A stretch of 64,000 bases of DNA from Bacteroidales bacterium (lineage in GTDB: Bacteria; Bacteroidota; Bacteroidia; Bacteroidales; WRLA01), in assembly GCA_963676415.1 (NCBI GenBank), contig OY781097.1:4732555-4796554 (forward strand), read 5' to 3'. The notes beneath the pieces were generated by a model that did no database searches, was not told the DNA's origin, and was given only the letters and a program-made list of their open reading frames with translations. Positions 57,650-64,000 of this stretch are shown here, piece by piece. Position 1 is the first letter of the stretch, and every line of letters begins with the position of its first letter. The position numbers were made by a program, and so were the translations under genes.

Positions 57650-58279
57650 TTAAATAGTTAAATCGTTATTTTCCTGTAATTCGACGCCTTTTACAAATAC
57701 ATGCGAGAGCACCCAAATAAAAAGGGCTGCAAGCAAAACAGCAGGATAGAACTGCAAATCTGCGGCACTGTCGAGTACCGGATAATCGAGGCGCTGCACA
57801 ATGTAGAAATACTGAAAATAAGCATAAAACAGCATAAACAACCAGCCAAGAGCAACAGCATAGGCAATCCTTTTAAGAAGGCCGATATTTCTTTTATTGA
57901 AATAATCGCCTTTATAAATTGTGCCGATGAAGTTTTTAAAGGTGTAAAAGACGTAGAAAAACAATGCAATGGCCAGCAGCATAAAAACACCGTATATGCG
58001 CCCTATAAACTGAGGTGTTCCATCGCTAAAGCGCATCCTGCCCTGCATCTCAACAAAACGCACTGCAATATCGTGACCATCAATTTGAAGCAGGCCGTTT
58101 TGTGCCAGATCCAAACCAACAGGAACACCTACAGCGAGATTATCCGGTCGGATGAAGCCATAAATAAAGCCTACAGACAGATAAACGCCCACAAGCAAAG
58201 AGGCACAAAAGAGCCAAAAAGTAATTTGAGTGCCCCAATAAATTAATTTGATACTCAAGGATTGATTTTGTGTTTCCAT
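57650..58279 (-). CDS. DUF2975-like membrane protein
   Basis: Four TM helices and the conserved genomic pairing with the YozG-like HTH. Start placed at METQNQ. Confidence 0.6.
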   Translation of the reverse strand: METQNQSLSIKLIYWGTQITFWLFCASLLVGVYLSVGFIYGFIRPDNLAVGVPVGLDLAQNGLLQIDGHDIAVRFVEMQGRMRFSDGTPQFIGRIYGVFMLLAIALFFYVFYTFKNFIGTIYKGDYFNKRNIGLLKRIAYAVALGWLFMLFYAYFQYFYIVQRLDYPVLDSAADLQFYPAVLLAALFIWVLSHVFVKGVELQENNDLTI

Positions 58280-58437
58280 AGCAATTGATTTTTGATGCAG
58301 CAAAGATAGGCAAGAATTATTAAAAAGCAAGAAAAATTTATTGTTAAACAATAATTTTATTTTGAATAACAATAATTACTCCTTATATTAGAGGTTCTAC
58401 ACTGTATTTCGTGGAAAGAAACTTGAATGCTATTCCA

Positions 58438-58649
58438 AACAGATTCCTCCAAAGTTTCCTCATACTTCGGAAAACTTTGTCGGAATGACGCGTTTTTATG
58501 AAGTCAGGAGGCAAATGCGGCGAGGACACAGTAGTATATTTTAAATACGTCCTCGCCGCATTTGCCTTAAACACCTAATAAACAGCGTCATTCCGACCGG
58601 AACAAAGCTAAACGAAATGATTAAAGCTTTGTGTAGGGAGGAATCTGTT
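58438..58649. repeat. 212-bp nested-palindrome element
   Basis: Three concentric perfect inverted repeats: AACAGATTCCTCC (58438-58450 with 58637-58649), GTCGGAATGACGC (58479-58491 with 58585-58597), and GGCAAATGCGGCGAGGAC (58510-58527 with 58549-58566). Confidence 0.8.
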
Positions 58650-58808
58650 AGGGATACCATAGGTCATTAATAAATATCTGCATATTTTTTTTCAAACATT
58701 ATTGTAACCCACGAAATTCCTAGTAGAACCATTTAGAATACAGCCTGGAAAGATAATTGTGCAAGCACTATTTTCCAGAATGCGCCGTTTATAAAGAAAG
58801 CCCATTTT

Positions 58809-59066
58809 ATGAAATTCACGAAACTGCTCCCATATCTTTTTGGTTTGGCGCTCCTGCTGACCGGCTTAGGTTATTTGATTGATTCGGATGAAGCTTATGC
58901 GAATTTTTGGCATACTGTCCTCGAATTTTCCGTAATCACCTTAATTGTATTTTCGGCCTTGTCGTTGATGGGATTACTGTTTATGGGATTGAGGATTTTG
59001 GTACGCACAGTATGCAGGCGCAAAATGGCCGGGCAGGGATCAGATAAATGCCGCATAATATTTTAA
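58809..59066 (+). CDS. Small hypothetical membrane protein
   Basis: Two hydrophobic helices; no recognised family. Confidence 0.4.
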   Translation: MKFTKLLPYLFGLALLLTGLGYLIDSDEAYANFWHTVLEFSVITLIVFSALSLMGLLFMGLRILVRTVCRRKMAGQGSDKCRIIF

Positions 59067-59477
59067 AATAGCAGCATCCCAAAAGGCCTGATATTCAAAG
59101 ATTATTTTAAAGGAAAGCTCATTAGTCTTATGGGCAGCAAGCATTTTAGTTGCTGATAAAGACAATATCAACCCAAAAAAATCCAATTAAAATAAATTTA
59201 ATGTTGAGCGTATTGAAAAGTAATCTACTTTTGCACCCTCAAATTTTCAGAAGAAAAATTCATTTTAAGCTACTGAGAATAAGAAATTTAATTTTAAATT
59301 AAGAAGAAATTAACGTTCATACAGCCTAAAGCAATTAGTGAGATCAAGAGAAATTGGACCTTTAGCAAAGCCGGGATGAACATAATATGCTTTGCAGCGG
59401 TTCAATTTTTTTATGTTTTCATCTGAGAGCAGGCACTTTATAGAAGAAAGTACTAATCATTATAAATAAATTTTAAA

Positions 59478-61556
59478 ATGTCTTTAAGTCGTTTGAGGAA
59501 CATCGGAATAGCAGCCCATATTGATGCGGGAAAAACCACAACAACAGAACGCATACTGTTTTTCACGGGTGTAAACCGAAAGTTGGGCGAAGTCCATGAT
59601 GGCCAAGCCACCATGGACTTCATGAAACAGGAACAGGAACGCGGGATTACCATTGCATCAGCTGCGATCAGCGCAAAATGGAACGATCACAATATCAATA
59701 TCATAGATACTCCCGGCCACGTTGACTTCACTATTGAGGTAGAACGTTCGCTGCGTGTAATCGACGGTATGGTTGCCCTTTTCTGCGCCGTAAGCGGTGT
59801 TGAACCTCAAAGTGAAACCGTTTGGAACCAGGCCGACCGTTACAAAGTGCCACGCATTGCATTCATCAATAAAATGGACCGTACCGGTGCTGATTTTGCA
59901 CAGGCGGTTGGCTCAATGGACGAATATCTGGATGCCAATGCAACTCCATTCCAGCTTCCAATTGGTGCTGAAGACGATTTTAAAGGCATTATCGACCTGA
60001 TCGAAGAGAAAGCGCATATTTTTGATGAAGACGGAAGCCGCCAGATTGTTGAAATTCCTGCAGATATGAAAGATGCAGCAGAAGAAGCACGCAACAACCT
60101 GATCGAAAAACTAGCAGAATTCGATGAAAAAATGATGGAACTTTTCTTAGAAGAGCAACCCATCTCCAATGAAATGATTAAAGAAGCGGCTCGCGAAGCA
60201 GCTTTAAAAATGTACATCACTCCGGTTTTCTGCGGTTCTGCCTATAAAAACAAAGGTGTCCAGATGCTGCTTGACGCGGTAATTGACTATCTGCCAAGCC
60301 CGCTGGATGTTGAAGCCGTTGTAGGAACAGATGTAGATGATGAAGAAAAAACACATACACGCGGCCCGAGCTGCAAAGAGCCTTTTGCTGCACTGGCATT
60401 TAAACTGATCAACGACCCTTATGTTGGCCAGCAGACTTTTATCCGCATGTATTCCGGCACCCTGAAAAGCGGCATGCAGGTGTATAACAGCACAAAAGGC
60501 AAGATGGAACGTATTGGCCGCATTATGAAAATCCGCGCGAAAGACCGTGAGGAGATTGAAGAAGCAATGCCCGGCGATATCGTTGCGCTCATTGGCATGA
60601 AAGTCACTAAAACCGGTGATACACTTTGTGCTCCGGATGCTCCGGTCTATCTCGAATCAATTAATGTACCGCCATCAGTAGTTGAGCTGCGCATCGAACC
60701 CAAAACCCGCAAAGATCAGGGCAAACTGGGCGAAGCATTGCACAAGCTCTCTATTGAAGACCCTTCTTTCAATGTGCATTTTGATGATGAAACAGAAGAA
60801 ACCCTCATCGCAGGTATGGGCGAGCTGCACCTTGAAATCATGGTTGACCGCCTCAAAGACGAGTTCAAAATTGAAGTAAACGTGGGCGAGCCTGCCGTTG
60901 CGTACCGCGAAACGATCCAATCTGAAATCAGGGCAGAACACCGTCACTCCAAGCAAACCGGTGGTAAAGGACAGTTTGCACAAACTACATTCCGCATGGA
61001 ACCCAACGGCGGCAACGGATACGAGTTTATCGACAATATCAAAGGCGGTGTTATTCCTAACGAATTCATCCCATCGGTTGATAAAGGAATCAGAAAAACC
61101 ATGGAACGCGGTGTTTTGGCCGAATTCCCTGTTGTGGATGTTAAAATCGTACTTGTTGACGGCAAGCACCATCCGGTAGATTCTTCGGATATGGCCTTCC
61201 AAACCTGTGCCTCCATTGCTTTTAAAGAAGCCTTTATGAAAGCCAACCCTGTACTGCTGGAGCCGGTGATGAAAGTAGAAGTTAACACTCCTGATGAATA
61301 TATCGGCGACATTGTAGGCAACCTCAACCGTCGTCGCGGCAAGGTAGAATCCATGCGCCGTTTCCGCAAGGGATCGCAAAAACTGCTTGCTTTTGTTCCG
61401 CTGAGCGGGATGTTTGGCTATGCCAGCACATTGCGCAACCTTTCCAGCGGCCGCGCCAGCTATTCTATGGACTTCCACCAGTATATGCCGGTTTCACCAT
61501 CGGTACAGGAAGAAATCCTGAAGAAACTTGCTGACAAGAAAAATGACAACAAATAA
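59478..61556 (+). CDS. Elongation factor G family GTPase, stand-alone paralogue
   Basis: [25 protein letters not shown] and all five EF-G domains are recognisable. It is not adjacent to rpsL/rpsG. Confidence 0.9.
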   Translation: MSLSRLRNIGIAAHIDAGKTTTTERILFFTGVNRKLGEVHDGQATMDFMKQEQERGITIASAAISAKWNDHNINIIDTPGHVDFTIEVERSLRVIDGMVALFCAVSGVEPQSETVWNQADRYKVPRIAFINKMDRTGADFAQAVGSMDEYLDANATPFQLPIGAEDDFKGIIDLIEEKAHIFDEDGSRQIVEIPADMKDAAEEARNNLIEKLAEFDEKMMELFLEEQPISNEMIKEAAREAALKMYITPVFCGSAYKNKGVQMLLDAVIDYLPSPLDVEAVVGTDVDDEEKTHTRGPSCKEPFAALAFKLINDPYVGQQTFIRMYSGTLKSGMQVYNSTKGKMERIGRIMKIRAKDREEIEEAMPGDIVALIGMKVTKTGDTLCAPDAPVYLESINVPPSVVELRIEPKTRKDQGKLGEALHKLSIEDPSFNVHFDDETEETLIAGMGELHLEIMVDRLKDEFKIEVNVGEPAVAYRETIQSEIRAEHRHSKQTGGKGQFAQTTFRMEPNGGNGYEFIDNIKGGVIPNEFIPSVDKGIRKTMERGVLAEFPVVDVKIVLVDGKHHPVDSSDMAFQTCASIAFKEAFMKANPVLLEPVMKVEVNTPDEYIGDIVGNLNRRRGKVESMRRFRKGSQKLLAFVPLSGMFGYASTLRNLSSGRASYSMDFHQYMPVSPSVQEEILKKLADKKNDNK

Positions 61557-61601
61557 TTTTGTTTGAGTACATGTAAACCTTCGATAACCTTTTTGTTAAA
61601 G

Positions 61602-61632
61602 GCCGGTCTTTTTTTTTGACCGGCTTTTTTTT
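61602..61632 (+). terminator. Rho-independent terminator of the EF-G paralogue
   Basis: GCCGGTC-T9-GACCGGC followed by T8. Confidence 0.75.
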
Positions 61633-61770
61633 ATGCGCGGAGGTTACGCTTCTTTGCTTCGACCGGGTATCAGGGGGGGATTTTTTCGTGCAGATTTCTT
61701 CTAAACTAACCAAGACTTTACAAAAAGCTTGTTAAGCGAATTAAGGGAGAATCAGTAACCGCCAAATCCA

Positions 61771-62256
61771 CTAATAAAAAGCTTCTACCTCCAATTGCCT
61801 GCCTTCGCGTGCAGCCTTCTTATCCATGGAAGCACCGATAGCTATTCCAATGGACATCCCGATAGGCAAACCAATGCCAATAAAAGCCATTTGATCGAGT
61901 ATTGTGGCGAAAATAAAACCGAGAGGCACGCCAAAAACCAGCCCCAAAGCCAGGTATTTATTCTGATAATGGTTTTTGGGCACAAGCTGCACGTCCCTTT
62001 CAAGCATATCAATAATCTGCACCAAAGCCGAACGCAAGTACTTTCCGAACCTATTGTCATCATTGGGCACAGCAATAAGAAAATCCGTTTTTTGGTTGAT
62101 AAAGCCGCGGATGCTATCCGGCAATTCCCGCTGATTAAGTTCGGCTATAAGTTTTTGGTATTGGGCAAATCTTTTTGTAAGCAATCTTCGGCCCTGCAAA
62201 TCAGACCTGTCATTTAAACTTTTGAGTTTCATGCTTCGAAAGTACAATTTTCTCAA
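61771..62256 (-). CDS. Hypothetical membrane protein with a glycine-zipper-like C-terminal helices
   Basis: The C-terminal half reads LALGLVFGVPLGFIF...FIGIGLPIGMSIGIAIGASM. The start is uncertain (62256 or 62232). Confidence 0.5.
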   Translation of the reverse strand: MRKLYFRSMKLKSLNDRSDLQGRRLLTKRFAQYQKLIAELNQRELPDSIRGFINQKTDFLIAVPNDDNRFGKYLRSALVQIIDMLERDVQLVPKNHYQNKYLALGLVFGVPLGFIFATILDQMAFIGIGLPIGMSIGIAIGASMDKKAAREGRQLEVEAFY

Positions 62257-62726
62257 AAAAAAGGTTCGACACGGAATTTCGTCAGGGCAAACGCATCATA
62301 AATATTATACCATTCTTTCACAATCCTATTCCTATGCATTTCAAATCCATTGATAATAAAGCTGTTAGCTGCCTAAATCCATTTCGGCTTCAATCCCAAA
62401 GGGGTTGCATATCTATAAAAGGAAATGTTAATTAAAGGTTCGACCCCGGACGGGGTCGTATGTGGCGTTCTGTGGTAACTCTTTATACATATTTGACCGC
62501 TCTGCGGTCTAAGCCGATTTATTTTTTTGCGGCATTTTCAGGCTGTTGAGGGTTCTTGTTAAGCTTATAACCCTCTGGTTTTCGTAAATGAGGCAATTTG
62601 CTGCTTTGTGCTTTCAAACAGAAAAACTGTAATATATCAATCTGAAACAAGACGTAAGTTTTTTTCAACCACAACAAATATCCAGCCTGACAAATATAGC
62701 TTGATCAAGATGCGTTTGCCCTGGGA

Positions 62727-62817
62727 ATTTCGTGGAAAGTCAAAAGTTAAATCTCCAACAGATTTCCCCTTCCGGAGGCTATCGGAATTCCTCATGCTTC
62801 GGAAAACTTTGTCGGAA
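62727..62817. repeat. Partial relative of the left arm of the 58.4-kb palindromic element
   Basis: ATTTCGTGGAAAG ... TTCCTCATGCTTCGGAAAACTTTGTCGGAA matches 58406-58486, with one ~12-nt indel. Confidence 0.6.
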
Positions 62818-62913
62818 CTGAAAATAAAGGAGTCTGCGCAGCTTCGGGATGCCTGTGCTGAGCTAGCCGAAGTGACTGTTTTCAATACCAGGAACAACAA
62901 AGTGCTAATAACA

Positions 62914-63822
62914 TTACTGCCTTTTGAACCGTATCCGGTATTTTGCAGGTGTAATATTTACCGATTTTTTAAAACATTTAGTAAAATAGTTGCTATCGGA
63001 AAAACCACATTGAAAGGCTATCTCAGAAATCGATCTTGACGATTCACGAAGCAAGCCACAAGCCTTTTTGATCCGGAGCTGGCAGAGGTAATTTCCCGGC
63101 GAAAGCCCAATAGTCATTTTGAAGCTGCGCATAAAATTCCTTTTCGACATATTGGCCATTCCTGCCAGTCCCTCAAGTTTCAGGCTTTCGGAAATATTGT
63201 TTTCCATATAGTCCATTACCCTGCTTAACTGCACCAAACTTTGAGCTTTATTTGAGGGGATATTGCTGAAATGCCGCGAAAGATGGATAATGAGTTCCTG
63301 AAAGCGGTTGGACAGGATAAGGGCGCTGCCCTCCAGCATTTGTTCTTGTTCAAAAAACATTACACTCAAAATCAATTCAATAGCGGCAAGATCCTTAGGA
63401 TGTAGCCGAAGCATATTCCGGAAATTGTTCCGTGCCCTGTAGGACGGCTCCAGAATAAACAAGGCTTTGTAACCGTCCATTTGCCTGATTTCCACTGGAA
63501 TCAACTCAGGTTTTTGTTTTGCATCGAACATTACATTTACAATTTCCAGTTTTTGCGCATCCCTGAAATAATGCCTTTGATTGCCCTGCAGCACAAAAAC
63601 ATCGCCCATGCTCACGGGGTATTCCCTTCCTTCCAACATCTGTATTCCTTGTCCGTTGAGGATAAAAACGATTTCAATAAAATCGTGGAAGTGCTCTGTT
63701 TCGGTCAGGTCATGATCATGCGAGAGCTGTTTCTGCCGGCATACCCTCTTCAGGTTTACCGGGCAGCCAGGAATAGAAAAATAATTTTGCCCCAGTGCTT
63801 GCTTGGTCATATCCATACTCAT
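62914..63822 (-). CDS. AraC-family transcriptional regulator with an N-terminal cupin-type sensor domain
   Basis: The C-terminal double HTH ends with ISEIAFQCGFSDSNYFTKCFKK. The N-terminus has a cupin-like region (HFHDFIEIVFILNG). Confidence 0.85.
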   Translation of the reverse strand: MSMDMTKQALGQNYFSIPGCPVNLKRVCRQKQLSHDHDLTETEHFHDFIEIVFILNGQGIQMLEGREYPVSMGDVFVLQGNQRHYFRDAQKLEIVNVMFDAKQKPELIPVEIRQMDGYKALFILEPSYRARNNFRNMLRLHPKDLAAIELILSVMFFEQEQMLEGSALILSNRFQELIIHLSRHFSNIPSNKAQSLVQLSRVMDYMENNISESLKLEGLAGMANMSKRNFMRSFKMTIGLSPGNYLCQLRIKKACGLLRESSRSISEIAFQCGFSDSNYFTKCFKKSVNITPAKYRIRFKRQ

Positions 63823-63860
63823 AATTCAGCATTAATATTAAAGCTTTTTTTTGAGTTAAG

Positions 63861-63996
63861 CCTGAATAATTCACAAAATATCTATTACGGGCACAAACCG
63901 CTGCAATAGAAAGGAATGCTATCTTTTATTGCGTTTTGTACTTGGTCACTGAGCTTGTCGAATGTGCTCATGACGAAATTTCATGAATTAATCAGG
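63861..63996. mobile_element. Second, shorter copy (136 bp) of the MITE seen at 19799-19971
   Basis: Shares the left ~55 nt (CCTGAATAATTCACAAAATATCTATTACG..CAAACCGCTGCAATAGAAAGGAATGCTATCTTTT) and the right ~33 nt (GCTCATGACGAAATTTCATGAAT.A..CAGG), in the opposite orientation to the first copy. TTAA lies 1 nt before its left end. The right flank is cut by the window end. Confidence 0.65.
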
Positions 63997-64000
63997 CAAG

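Noticed and set aside
60675-61478. 267-aa minus-strand ORF inside the EF-G paralogue.
   Set aside because: It is antisense to a fully motif-supported GTPase gene and has no recognisable domain.
62255-62480. GGTTCGA-containing strings (62265, 62443) and a CGACCCCG-GAC-GGGGTCG hairpin that superficially resemble a tRNA T-arm.
   Set aside because: No acceptor, D or anticodon arms can be built around them, so this is not a tRNA.

Overview
64-kb chromosomal segment of a Bacteroidota-type genome. Supporting signs are T9SS type-A and type-B C-terminal sorting domains, a TTTG/TAnnTTTG-type promoter, rimP-nusA-infB, L31 type B and a futalosine-pathway mqnA. No rRNA, tRNA or CRISPR array was seen. The first 11 kb is the 3' part of one giant PKD-repeat T9SS cargo gene, cut by the window edge. 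The rest is mostly housekeeping: cysH, thioredoxin-fold proteins, DPP-IV-like peptidase, polyprenyl synthase, lgt, rimP-nusA-infB, lon, rpmE2, mqnA, recF, aroE and an EF-G paralogue. This backbone is interrupted by several small accessory insertions. (1) A visibly AT-rich patch at 11.0-13.9 kb holds an orphan 230-aa gene, a T9SS cargo gene and yefM-yoeB. (2) A 941-bp toxin-antitoxin cassette sits inside a 92-bp duplication of the cysH 3' end, and its toxin gene is split by a 173-bp MITE with a TTAA duplication. (3) Two sibling ~0.5-kb non-coding elements (E1, E2) share a ~241-bp highly conserved, hairpin-rich core. Each is bracketed by an unusually long direct duplication (39 bp and 157 bp) of the neighbouring gene 3' ends. 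(4) An AT-rich ~6-kb island at 51.2-57.1 kb is bounded by decayed IS200-like/RAYT transposase fragments and REP-like hairpins. It carries a GH16 gene with an in-frame stop and a 686-aa protein with a predicted PIN-like core, a coiled coil and two C-terminal TM helices. The candidates I consider most novel are the E1/E2 elements with their long-duplication insertion signature, which recurs at the cysH cassette, and the membrane-anchored PIN-like protein. All calls come from reading the sequence and ORF translations by eye; no database search was run.
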